A stretch of DNA of 64,000 nt from Eledone cirrhosa (taxonomy: Eukaryota), in the NCBI GenBank assembly GCA_964016885.1, contig OZ024740.1:250294001-250358000 (forward strand). The letters run 5' to 3'. A program made the translations under genes and the position numbers. This document shows positions 9,975 to 22,488 of the stretch, one piece after another. Numbering within the stretch: the stretch's first letter is position 1; the number at the start of each line of letters is the position of its first letter. Below the pieces are notes generated by a model that saw only the letters and a program-made list of their open reading frames with translations, had not been told where the DNA came from and made no database searches.

Positions 9975-12830
9975 TGCAAAATGGTCGTGGAGGTGCCAAG
10001 GCAAAAAAGCACCCAGCGGTCATCCTCCATGCGCATCACATGTCCATACCACCTCAGTCTCCTCTCCCGTACACTACATTCTATCCCTCTCAGACACAGT
10101 TTCTCTCTCAACACATTTATGCTGGGTCGTTCACGCACATTGACATTGCACATCCAACGGAGCATACTTGCTTCATTTCTCTCCAGCTGTGACATATCCT
10201 CACACAGGCATCATATAACCATCTATTCGTATGCAGGGAGAAACCCTTCTTTGTCAACAGAGGAAGCAGCTCCCTAAACTTCTACCAACCCGTCCTTATT
10301 CTAGATACTATGGCCTCAGAACCCCCCCCCCCTCCCATAGCATGGGATCACCTATGTACCGGAAGCTATCAACCACTTCTATAGAACCCACGCGCATTGG
10401 ATAAACGTGTCTATCACTGCGATTACTACTGCCACCTTTCCTTGTACATCTACTGCATACATAGTTTTCCCTACCTGTTAGTTTGCCTGCTATCTCACTA
10501 CATCTCTTGTGCACCCAAGATCTGCATTGCGTACATTTTATGGAATTTATGCCAGTTCCTTTCCTACATATCGAACATGGCCATTTCCCTGATGGAATCA
10601 GAGTATTGTCCTCTCTTCTACTTATCAACACTTTTGTCTTAGCTATGTTCACTCCCAGGCCTCTTGATTCCAACTGCTGTTTCCATAACCAGAATTTATT
10701 CTCTAGCTCCCCTACTGATTCTGCTATAAAAACAAGATCATCAGCATAGAGAAGTTCCCATGGGCATCCAGTCTTAAAACCCTCTGTTATGGCTTGGAGG
10801 ACTATAATGAACAAGAGAGGGCTGAGGACCGAACTCTGATGTACACCTACTTGTATCTGAAATTCCTCACTAAACTCCATGCCTACTCTCACTTTACTGA
10901 CAGCACTCCTGTACATAGCTTGCACTGTCCTCACAAGCCATTCTTCTATACCTAGTTTCCTTAGGGACCACGAGATGACAGATCGGGGTACCCTATCAAA
11001 GGCTTTCTCTAGGTTAACAAAAGCTAAGTATAGTGGCTTATTCTTCTCTAAGAACTTCTCTTGTAGTTGCCTCACTAAGAAGGAGGTATCTGTTGTACTT
11101 TCCCAGGCACAAAAGCAAATTGCATCTCATCTAATTTGACCCTTTCTCTAATGAATTACACTAATATTCTCTCTGCCACTTTCATAACCTGATCCATCAG
11201 CTTCATGCCCCTATAATTGCTCTTCTCTAGAGCATCCACTTTACCTTTGTAGCAATTTATGAGAATACTGCTGCACCAGTCTTTGGGTATGACACCACCA
11301 TATATAGCTTGATTGATGATGCGTGCAACCAGTTTAGTGCCTACTTCTCCTGATGCCTTCAGCATCTCAGCAACTATCTCCGATGGTCCAGCAGCCTTAC
11401 CATTCTTCATTTTCTTAATTGCCTCTTGTACTCTATATTCGTCAATCTCAATAGTTGGTCCCTCTGTTGGGTCTACTAGGGGTAATTTGTCTCTGTCCCA
11501 TTCGTTCTCCACGTTCATCAGTCTCTCATAGTGACATTTCCAGGCCTCCTTTGTTTGATCATTCGTGACACTAAGTACACCGGCATTATTCCGGACACAT
11601 TTATCTCCAACAACATCCTGATTTGCACTGACACACTGCCTTGCAATGCGGAACACCGCACGTCTCTGATCTTCCCGTAACAGAAATTGGCAAACCTCCT
11701 ACTCTCAGCCGCCCTGCGTGCTAAGTACACCTGATGTCTAGCTTCTCTCTTAGCGGCTGTGTATCCGTCTCTACTCCCACCTTTTTCCAAACCTTCCATG
11801 CCAGTCTTTTGTCTCTAATAGCCCTATCTACCGTGCTGTTCCACCACCAACTCACTCTCTGTCTGGTTGAAGCTCTGCCCCAACCACAAGTTTCTTCAGT
11901 AGCCTGCAGTAAGTTGTCACGCAAGAAATTCTAGTTATCATCTATGTCATATAACACTCTAAATCGTCTTCCTTTTCGTCATACACGTCTTGAAGGGCTT
12001 TGCTAAATTTATATTTTAATGAAAGGTCTTTTAGCTTCCAGACCTTTCTTTTCCACTCCTTCCTGTATGTCTCATTCTTTCTCATGCTTACTGAGATGTC
12101 ACTAACGACTAACCTATGCTTGGGGTACATTCTTCCCCGGGGTATGCCTTAGTATTTGACACCATCTGTCTGTCTCGCTGTATAGCTAGCAGGAAATCAA
12201 TCTGGCTTATGTGCTCGCCCGATTTGTAGGTGGTTGGTAGGTTTCTGGAAGTTAGTGTTGCAAATGGTTAGTGCATTTGCATCACAAAATTCAAGAAGAC
12301 TCACTCAATCTTCATTTCTTTAGCCGTAACCATGCCCACCATGTACCCCAGTGTATCCATCCTGGAGCTGGCCAACATGTCCATTGAAGACCCCTGCTAG
12401 CATAACGATGTCTCTGTCCTTTGTCATTGAGGCTGTTTGTAAAAGTTGCTTGTAAAAGCAATCTTTCTCTTCGTTACCTAGGCCTGCCTGGGGAGCATAG
12501 GCAGAGATGATTGTCAGTAGTCTCTTGCCTACAACTAATCTAAGCTTAATGATTCTATTACTAACTCTAACTACCTCTATTGTCTTATTGATCCATCTGC
12601 CAGCCAGTAATATGCCCACCACACCTAACCCATCATCATTACCCACCCAGAAAATTTATAACTACGATGTTTGCCTGCGATTGGTCTTGCAGAGGCACCT
12701 CTCCATCTCACCTCTTGCACACAGCACACATCCACATCCTTTCTCTCCAGCATCTCCACTATCTCACCAGATCTACCTGTTAGAGTGCCAACATTAAGTG
12801 TGGCAACTTTTAGATGGGACATCTTGTTCT
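9975..12830 (-). mobile_element. RTE-clade LINE, near full-length, degraded (APE, RT, PHD-like finger)
   Basis: LKVATLNVGTL...CCVQEVRW (APE); KAAGPS, NYRGMKL, LEKAFDRVP, GVHQSSVLSP, YADD (RT); CSIC..CTQC..WVHKRC..CSRC; RRLRWYGHV. Confidence 0.92.
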
Positions 12831-13330
12831 TTTTCCTGTTATATACATATGTAATATGAAGACGCGTGGCTGAGTGGTTAGACGATTGCATTCGCAATCG
12901 GGAGGTTGTGAGTTTGATAGATAGTATTAGCAATTGGAAAGACCAATGGAAACATTGTTTCATTGGTCAGATTTGACGAAAGTCATTCGAATGTCGATAT
13001 GTATATCCAGTTCATTCATCAGATGAAATAATTATTTCATCTTATGAACGAGCTGGACGTTTCTGTAAGGATCATCTAGTTTCCTGAAACCTTTGGTAAT
13101 GGAATAATTATATTGTGTTGTTTATTATGTAATTAAATAGTTCTGTACTATACATAGAGCACTCTTTTCTTTTATTTTCTACAGAAATACTATATACATA
13201 TATATATATATATATATATAAATGAAATTTATATATTTTCTTTCTTATGTATATGTTCCGTTAATTTTCCAGCCTCACTTCCAATTTTAACAGATTTTCA
13301 ATCTCATTTCGTATTTTCATTTCATAACAT

Positions 13331-13398
13331 CTCTGTCTGATGAACGATCTAGACATATATTAATATTGTCTAGGGTCCTGAAACCTTTGGTAATGGAG
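13331..13398 (+). ncRNA. Type I hammerhead ribozyme in a short pseudo-LTR fragment (~13221-13428) between two (TA)n tracts
   Basis: ctctgt-CTGATGA-acgatctagaca(loop)tgtctagggtcct-GAAA-cc(ttt)gg-TA-atggag. Confidence 0.85.
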
Positions 13399-13423
13399 TA
13401 GTTATATATTGTGTTGTTCACTT

Positions 13424-13489
<66 letters not shown>

Positions 13490-14592
13490 TATATCAATAC
13501 TGTGTAATCGTTATTTATATTCTAAACAAATATAAGATGATGTCTTGGAAAAAATATTACCTACCCATTATAAAAGTTCAAAAAGTAGGAGGGTAACATT
13601 ATTTTTTCTTTTTTTTATAGATATAATGTAGGCATGAAATATGTGTGTGTCTGTGTGTTTGTCTGCGTGTGTGAGGGGTTTGTTTCATTGAGAACATTAT
13701 CAAGGTAATGTAAACATATAGTGAAATGAAGTGACAGATATTTGAAAGTTAAATAGATGTGGACAGAGAATCAAGTCCTTTCATGAATCCATAGTGGCAA
13801 TTAATCACATTTCATTTTCTTCCTCCAGGCATGATCTGACACACAGACAAACCCACAGTATATCTATTCAGTCATCTATTTGTTTTATTTTGTCTTGTTT
13901 GTTTTGTTTGTTTTGTCTTGTTTTGGCGTTTGTTTGTTGGTTTTGCTTTGTTTTGTTTTGTTTGATTGTTTATTTGTTTGTATAAAAATAATCTTGTAAC
14001 CAAAGGCAATATTACTTTCTCTACATAAATTCATTATATATGCACCCCCCCCCCCCGATGCACGCACCTCCCACCTTACACACAACTACACACTCCCCAT
14101 ATATGGACACACGTTCTAAATCATAGCATATATATATGCATATACATAATAGGTTAGTTAATCTATCAATACATTTTAGCCCCAAAACAAAATATATACT
14201 CAAGTAATTAATTAGAGGAAGGAAGGTAATTTACCGTTGGTAGCTCTCCCAATCTCATCAAGAACACACATACATACATCGGAGCATGGACCCCCTACCC
14301 CACAATCCAAAAATTAATACATGCATGCATACACCCATTCACATGTATTCTCAGATGTGTATGTGTTTGTACTATTATATAGGTACATCAAATACCACTA
14401 CACGAGCCAATCAAGGGGAGGCATTATAAAAGAATGTCAGCCTATAATCCAGAATATACATGTGAGCGTATGTACGCACACTCACCCACTGCTGTACATG
14501 TGCAAATTCCAGTATAGAGGTCTAACAAGTATTATTTACAAAACTAATTACCTACAAATGAACTAAAATTTAGTTATCAAATATATAACAGG

Positions 14593-14730
<138 letters not shown>

Positions 14731-15409
14731 TAGAAAAGGAGGATAGATAGAAATGAAAAAAAAACCTTATGTAAGAAAGCAACTCTCTGAATATCGACTC
14801 AATAATATAAATATTATAAGTAGATCTCGAATGTTAGTATTCCACCCTTGTCACTTTCCTTAATTGTATAGTAACGAAGTAAAAGGAGACAAGATGGAAT
14901 TACCTCGTTCTCATTACCGCATTTAATAAGTCCAAGTTGGAGGTCAGTATTTAAAACGCCCCCGTTAAGCAAAGATTACATTTGGATCTATTTCCCGCAT
15001 AAAGTCTTGCTGTATTAATTAGAGACCCCTTAGTAGTATATCTAATGTTATCTTCTTTAAGAGACCAATTTAATTTTGCCAGTGAAATTGTGTTCTTTTA
15101 AATGAATGAGTATGAGTGTGAAATCCAATTTTGAATTTATTGGCAGTGGCACCTATGTAGTTAAAGCTTTTATGCCTAGTTAACGTCTCACATCTATATA
15201 TAACATTCGCCTTAACATTGCCCAAGTGAGCAATTGTTTGGATTTATGCAATTACAATTCACCTTAATAGTGAATAACTCTATTATTATTTCCACCGTCA
15301 AAGTTATCACTGATACAATTAGCCCTACCATAGTTCATCTTGTTAATATTATTTCCATTTACCTTATCATTGATTTGGATTCTCCCATTATTATTATTAT
15401 TATTATTAT

Positions 15410-18180
15410 TGGCGACTTGCGTAGGAATATTTATTATCGTGAGCTCCTCAAAGGTTTGTTGTTTTCAATTATTTCGAATTGTCAGTTATGGAAAATTTTT
15501 GTTGTTAAGTGTTTATAAGTTCATATATATTGCTTTCTGAAAAGGACAATCAATAATATTGGGGTCTTGAGCCCAAAATTTAAACTTTATTTTGTCAAAC
15601 AAACAATTTATTTTGAAAAAAAATATGGATGGCATTCGCCTACCCAAATCTAGCCAGCTATCTCATGACAGCAGCTCGAACATACACACCACTGCCACCA
15701 GCACAATTGTGAACCTTGATACAGTTACCAAAACCGATTTCATTTTCATTAACAGCAGCCGCAGAAATAGCAGTCGCCAAAGTTTGCCACGTGCAGACGT
15801 AGACTTCCCGCCTTTCCCAATGCCTACAGGTGTTAAAGCTGCCATCTCCACTGTCACAATGTGGAAGAGTACATCTAACACCACTGATACCACCACCACC
15901 ACCACAACAACAACAACTGAAACAAAAAATAATTGTTTCTACTTTAGGCACAAAGCCAGAAATTACCCAGTACATTACTGGTACTTTATTTTATCGATCC
16001 CGTAAGGATGAAAGGCAAAGTTAACCTCGGCGGGATTTGAACTCAGACTGTAAAGGGACGTAACTATGCTAGAAAGCATGGCGTCCAAAAAAAATAATAA
16101 TAACAAAAATAACAATAACAACAACAATAAGAATAACAACAACACAAGAGCAAAACCAAATGCGTCTTTTGCTAAAGCGGCTAACAAAAACGAAACGATT
16201 GAGGTAAGCCAGGAAGAACTGAATGAGGCCAGACGAATGGTGAAACAAAAAATTGTTACAGCGTCAGCCTCACTCGTGCATCAAATACCATGCAATATCG
16301 GCGCCTATGTACTATATCTTTTCGCACGATCAACATAAAAACATGCCGAGTGGAGCGGGCATCCGAGTCCCAGATCCAGAAAGCTTTGGGATATGTGTGG
16401 GCTAAAAAAAACCCACATCAGACGTGGACGAAGATATAGAACCCCACAGGAAGCCATGGAGCACTCCATGGCCCCATTAAAAAGTGACGAGTTCACACTC
16501 GTCTCAAGTTACTGTGGACAGAGGCTGGTTAAAATAAGGTGATTAGAGTGAAACAGGAGAATCGGGAATGGAGTTCCTGATCCAATTAAAGCCACCTCTC
16601 TCACTCACCTCAGTGACTCAACCATCAATACAAGCAGCAGAAATGGCAGTAACAACTGTAGCAGCAATAGTAATAAGACCAATACCACCACTGCCGACAG
16701 CGCCAGAAGTAGCAGCAGCGCATCCACCATCCACCATGCCACAACCAACACCAACGCCTGTGGAGGACATTTCACTCCCCGACCTCTCACAACTGGAGAC
16801 ATACTGTGACGATGAGGAGGAGTGGGAAACTGTATCTGGAAAAAAAAGAAACCAAAAAAGAAAAAACCCTCTTCCTTCAGCCTCCAAAAACAAAATAGAG
16901 GGCGAAACAAACAAACAAACTAACAAAAGGGTTAAGACAGCTACGCCACCAACCACACCTGCATCACCAACCCCATCGCCACAAATACCAGCATAATCAT
17001 CAACCCCAACACCACCATCACCAACACCACAAAAAACACCAACACGTGAAACAGAAACAAACCCACATGCGCATCGACAACAAAACGACCAAACTGAAAC
17101 ACACAGCATGAAACATGAACAATAACCAATTATTACACTACATCCAACACAACACCAGCATCACAGAGAAAAACTACACAACACCCCAAACATTCACACC
17201 ATCCACACATACAAATCACACATATCTCACAGAAAACATGTACAACCCTAAAAGAAGAATTCCCCAGGAGGATATATAAAGACATCCTTCCGGAGGAGGC
17301 CACAAACAGTCAGAAGGACAGAAAAACCATCCTTTTCACTATGACCTTACTCAGAATAGGCAGCATAAATGTGCGTGGCCTGGTGGTCATCATGGAAGCA
17401 GGGTCACCTGCTCAACAACCTCAGATCAATGAACATAGATGTGGTGGCCATTAGTGAGACCAGAATCTCCGAGGCACATGCCTTTGCACCCATCTTCAGT
17501 GGTTACGATGTGTACGCATCTCCAAACTGGCCGGGATTGGGAGGTGGAGTCACTGTGTTGTTTAGGAGAGGCCTGGAACTCGTGATACAGACCATCTTCC
17601 TGAACCCAGAAGGGAAGTCGGTGGTCCTGGACGTGACCATCAGCGAAGGCTATTTTTAGGCTAGTGGCTATTTATGCCTCGACAGGGGCAGGACGGCCTG
17701 ATTTCTTCAGGCGACTGGAGACCTTCCTAGGAACGTCCCACTCTTTAATGTTAGTGGACGATTGGAACGAGATCTTGGATGCATGCTGGGATTGTGTGGG
17801 ATTAGCGGGTCGAGGAGGAGGGTATAAAAGCCTCGCAAACCTGCTCAGACGTTTCCAACTGTCTGTCAGGTGCCGACTGGATTTTCTGAATGTGCCGATG
17901 TGGACATGGACAAATCGCATTGAGTAATCCAGATCATATCTAGATAGAGTATTTTGTAAGGAAATAGATAGTTCTAGCATTGGTTGTCCACAATTCAAAA
18001 TAGTCGACTACACAGACCAGAAATTCGTGATCTGAGTGGTCGACTTAGAAAGGCTTCAGAGACAAGGATCCAGCTACTGGAAGCTAAACACGTCGTTGAC
18101 AGCACGCAAAGCCTACAGAGACCGGATTAGAACTAGTTAAGTGGGCATTGATGGGGGCAATCAACAACAAATGGTGGTTA
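15410..18180 (+). mobile_element. L1/Tx1-like LINE 5' portion (low-complexity ORF1 remnant and APE), degraded
   Basis: LRIGSINVRGL, DVVAISETR, VAIYA, WTW, SYLDRV, YWKLN motifs. Paralog at 55990-58700. Confidence 0.75.
15930..16085 (-). mobile_element. tRNA-derived SINE, family B (Nin/Deu-like core). Other copies at ~26290-26450, 27990-28255 (two), 28900-29070, 29365-29500, 37720-37860 (-), 48830-49018, 55686-55855 and 55855-55977 (-)
   Basis: Recurring ctgagttcaaatcccgccgaggttaactttgcctttcatccttacggggtcgataaaataaagtaccag...gtagaaacaa followed by a (tta)n tail. Confidence 0.85.
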
Positions 18181-18300
18181 ATGTTATACTTCATGTCTAT
18201 AAAAATCCTCAATATTATACTTTATGTCAACCCTTGTGGTTAATAAAGAAAACATTATTTTTATTATTATTATTATTAGTATTTCATTTATCTTGCTTTA

Positions 18301-20705
18301 TGTTCATACGAGTTATCACCAAGTCACAACCAGTGACCTCAAGAGACAACAAATCCACCATGTTCAAGAAAAAACACATACACACATACATGTATCTTTA
18401 GTGTGATGTATTTATATTGACAGAATCTTCTTTAGTATATGAGCAGTTATTATTAGTACTATCTTTTGTATTTCCTCTATACGCTGGTTTCCTGGGATTT
18501 GGGATAAGTAATCATTAGACCCCTTAGGTATCATTCCTAGAGCGCCTGTATTGTTTTAGTTCTCAACTTCCACATTTTTTCCAATTTTTATCTCTAGGTC
18601 TTTATACGTGCTCAATTTTTCAAATGTTTTTATAGATACATTCTTGTCTATTGAACGTACATATCAATTAGCAGGCATACCCTCTTTTTAAAGTCCTTCA
18701 GTATTATATCAGGTCTATTTGCATCTATTTTTCGGTCTGTTTGGATGCTAGAGTTCCACAAGATTGAGATGTGATCTTTTTCAAGTACGGGAGGTGGTTG
18801 ATGTTCCCACCAATTCTTTTGATGGAGCAGGTCAAAATGCTTACACATAACTCAATGTATGTATTGTGCAGCTCTGTCATGCCTGTTTAGGTATTCGGTT
18901 GGAGCTATATGACTGCACTTTGAAATTATATGATCAATGGTCTCTGGTTGGTTTTATATACACGGCATAATGGGTTGCATCCATTTTTTATTATGTTGGC
19001 TTGGTAATTTTTTGTTGGCAGACACTGATCTTGTGCTGATATAATTAGTCCTTCAGTCTCCGATTTCAGATGGATTAAAGTTTTGTCAACATCAGGATTG
19101 TTAGCTCTTTCTAGGTATTTTCCATACAGAGGCTTTTCTCCCCATTTCTTAGCCAGTTTCTGTAGCAGTTCTTTCTTTGCAGTTACTTTTACCTGCTTTA
19201 CTTTTTCTGCGTTTTTCATTTCAGCAGTAAATGGGACTTCTGAAATGTGTAGTTCATTACTGTATCTTTGCGCATCTTTTGTAAGTATGATCTTTTGATG
19301 CTTTCATGTTTCAAAACTAGTTTGATCATCCAATATGTGATTCCCTTAGATATGTAGATAATCCAATTGTTGCAGTTTTCAATGCAATATCTAACTGGAT
19401 TAACCCACGTCCTCCTTCTTTCCTAGGGAGATATATTCTATCTGCCTTAGGGTGATGCATTCTGTACATGGTTAAGAATTTTCTCATTTTTGTATCGAGC
19501 CTACGGATCTCTGTGCTTGACCAGTTGATGACATTGTAACTGTAGGTTACTACTGGTATGGCAAGCGTGTTTATGGCATCGATCCTATTCCTTGCATTCA
19601 ACTCCGTTCTTAAGATTGCTCTTACTCTGCAGTAACATTCCTTCCTTATCCTTTCCCTCATTGTCGAGTGCTTGATTCCACCTCCTTCAGAAACACCTAG
19701 ATAATTGTAAGTTTCCTCTTGATCAAGTCCTCTTATCACATTCCCTCGATCAAGATTAATATCTGAACTTCTCAGCAGCTTTCGTCTGGTGAACGTGGCT
19801 TTGGCGCATTTATCTAGTTCAAACTCCATTTTAATGTCATCACTGAATTGCTTCACAGTGGATAATAGTCCTTGTAATTGTTCATCATTTTTTGCAAATA
19901 GTTTCAGGTCATCCATGTAGAACAAGTGATTAAGGGTTTTGTCATAGACTTTATATCCATGTTTTGTTTCAATGAGCATTTTACTTAATGGTATAAGTGC
20001 GATGCAGAATAAAAGCAGTGATAAAGAGTCACCCTGAAAAATTCCACAATTAATATTAACTTCTCCAGCTTCCATTGATTTTTTTTCACTATTCAAAAGG
20101 AGTGTCGTTTTCCTTGTCTTCATACTGAATGACAGGAACCTCCTGACAACCGGAGATATTTTGAAAATCTCTAAACACTTTTCAATCCAACTGTGTGGCA
20201 AACTATCGAATGCTTTTTTATCTATCCAAGCAATTGATAGATTTTTGTGTCTATTATGACAATCTTCCAGTATCATTTTGTTAACCAAAAGCTGATCTTT
20301 ACAGCCATATGAGCCTCGTTTACACCCTTTTCTGCTCATTGGGAAATAGATCATTTGTTATCAGGTGATCATATGTATATTCAGTTAGGACTGATGTTAA
20401 AATTTTATACATTGTGGTCAAGCAAGTTATCGGTCTGTAATTTTGGGGATTGTTTGTCTCATCATTCTTCGGAAGTAGGAATGTAATGCCGTTAACTAGC
20501 CATGACGGTATCTTTTCTGGCTCCTTAACTCATGGGCTAACAGTTCATGAGACTCTGTGAAGGCATTTATCCAAAAATTTGGTATTTTATCTTTTCCTGT
20601 GGATTTCCATTTGCTGGTTTTTCTAAGTTCAACTGTTATATTTTCCCATGTTTGTTCCTCAAGGTTAGCTGTATCTTTCATTTGTCTGTCTATCCATGGG
20701 GCATG
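18301..20705 (-). mobile_element. R4/Dong-like non-LTR retrotransposon (RT and RLE endonuclease), degraded
   Basis: [52 protein letters not shown]; 3' end adjacent to (TTA)n. Confidence 0.88.
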
Positions 20706-20714
20706 TATATTATT

Positions 20715-21766
20715 ATTGTTCTTTGAGTCTCAGTCATTGATGTTATTTAACTGGAAAGTTTGTTGAAATGAATATCAAGCCACTACCTGCAGCCTCAGAT
20801 ATTCAGGACGTATCGGAGGGTTGTTGCTGTTCCCAGCAAGCATGCCTTTTGAAGTGTTCCAAAAAGCGGGGCTGGACTAATTTTCTTTAACCATCCTTAG
20901 AAACTCTTTGAGATGGCACCTAGTGCGCCTATGACAATCGGGACAACCTTGATTTCATGGCAGTTCCAAAGTAAGAAATCGGAAATAGACACAGCTAGGG
21001 AATTCACTGCACTTATGACATTCCTACTATTTAGATGTGATTTTAATATGCTCCTTACTCTCCTTATGTACTCAGATCTTATCAATTCCTTCATTTTTTT
21101 TGTTCTTGATGTCATCTGCCTCCAGAACACCTAAATATGTGTATCCCTCTTCAGTGTCAATTCCTTTATCATCTCACCGTTGCTTCTGCTCAATTTACCC
21201 CTCTTCATCACTAGGACTCCACACTTATTAATACCAAATTCCATACATATATCATTGCTTAAAATACGGACAGTGTCAATAAGTACATCCAACTCTTTCT
21301 CACTCTTCCCAAAGAGCTTAAGATCGACCATGAAGAGAAGGTGATTGATGGGAAGCTCTCCTTTTCCCAACTTGTATCCTGCTCTCACTTTTCGCAATAT
21401 AATGGGCAAGGACAAACAGCAGGGGGGGGGGGGGGGACAAACGATAGCCCTGGAAGATACCTCTCTTGATCTTCACGCCTCCCAAGGATTCTCCACCTGA
21501 TGTTAACCCTGTTTCCCAGGACTTCATACTTTTGCCGAACAACTGTCTGATGTTATCTGCCACCTTGAAGATCTCTAGTCTTTTGGTTATCCAAGAATGA
21601 GGTACCATGTCGAATGCCTTTTTGTAATCTATCCATCCCATGGCAAGACCAGTGTGCCTCCTCTTGCAATTCCTCATTACCAACTTATCAATAAGTAACT
21701 GGTCTTTTGTACCACGGGACTTCTTTCGGCATCCTTTCAGTTCGTCTGGTAACAAGTTGTTTATGT
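20715..21766 (-). mobile_element. R4/Dong-like element fragment (second family), internally deleted
   Basis: [43 protein letters not shown]; shared 3' end gagtctcagtcattgatg. Confidence 0.85.
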
Positions 21767-21768
21767 GG

Positions 21769-21807
<39 letters not shown>

Positions 21808-21808
21808 G

Positions 21809-22397
21809 GAGTCTCAGTCATTGATGTTATTTAACTGGAAATTTTGTTCACATGAACATCAAGCCGCTACCTGCAGCCTCAGATATTCAGGACATATCGG
21901 AGGGTTCTTGCTGTTCCCAGCAAACATGACTTTTGAAGTGTTCCAAAAAACAGGACTGGACTAATATTCTTTAACCATCCTTGAAAACTTTTTGAGTACT
22001 CCTATGATAATCAGGATGACCTTGATCTCATGACAGTCCCAAATCCTTTTTAACTCCCACTTTAAATCCTGGTATCTGTTAATTTTTTCCTTCTCCTTTT
22101 CTTGCAATCTTGTGTCAAAGGGCAGGCTACATCTACAATCAGGCACAATCTTTTTTCCTTGCCAAAAACCACCAGGTCAGGCTTATTGTGTTCTAATTTC
22201 TTGTCTGTCTGTATCCTGATATCCCATAGCATCTTCACGTGATCGTTTTCTATCCCCGACTCTGGCTTATGCTCATAATGTGGTAAATTATTTAGTTTGC
22301 ATAAATGCCAGTAAATCACCTTTCCTGTTATATCATGTCTCCATCATTTATAGTGAGTCTTGACAAGGTGTTTACACTTGGATACGATGTGAGCTAG

Positions 22398-22488
<91 letters not shown>

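Noticed and set aside
12859-12918. tRNA gene
   Set aside because: A/B-box-like motifs only, no full cloverleaf; matches SINE heads.
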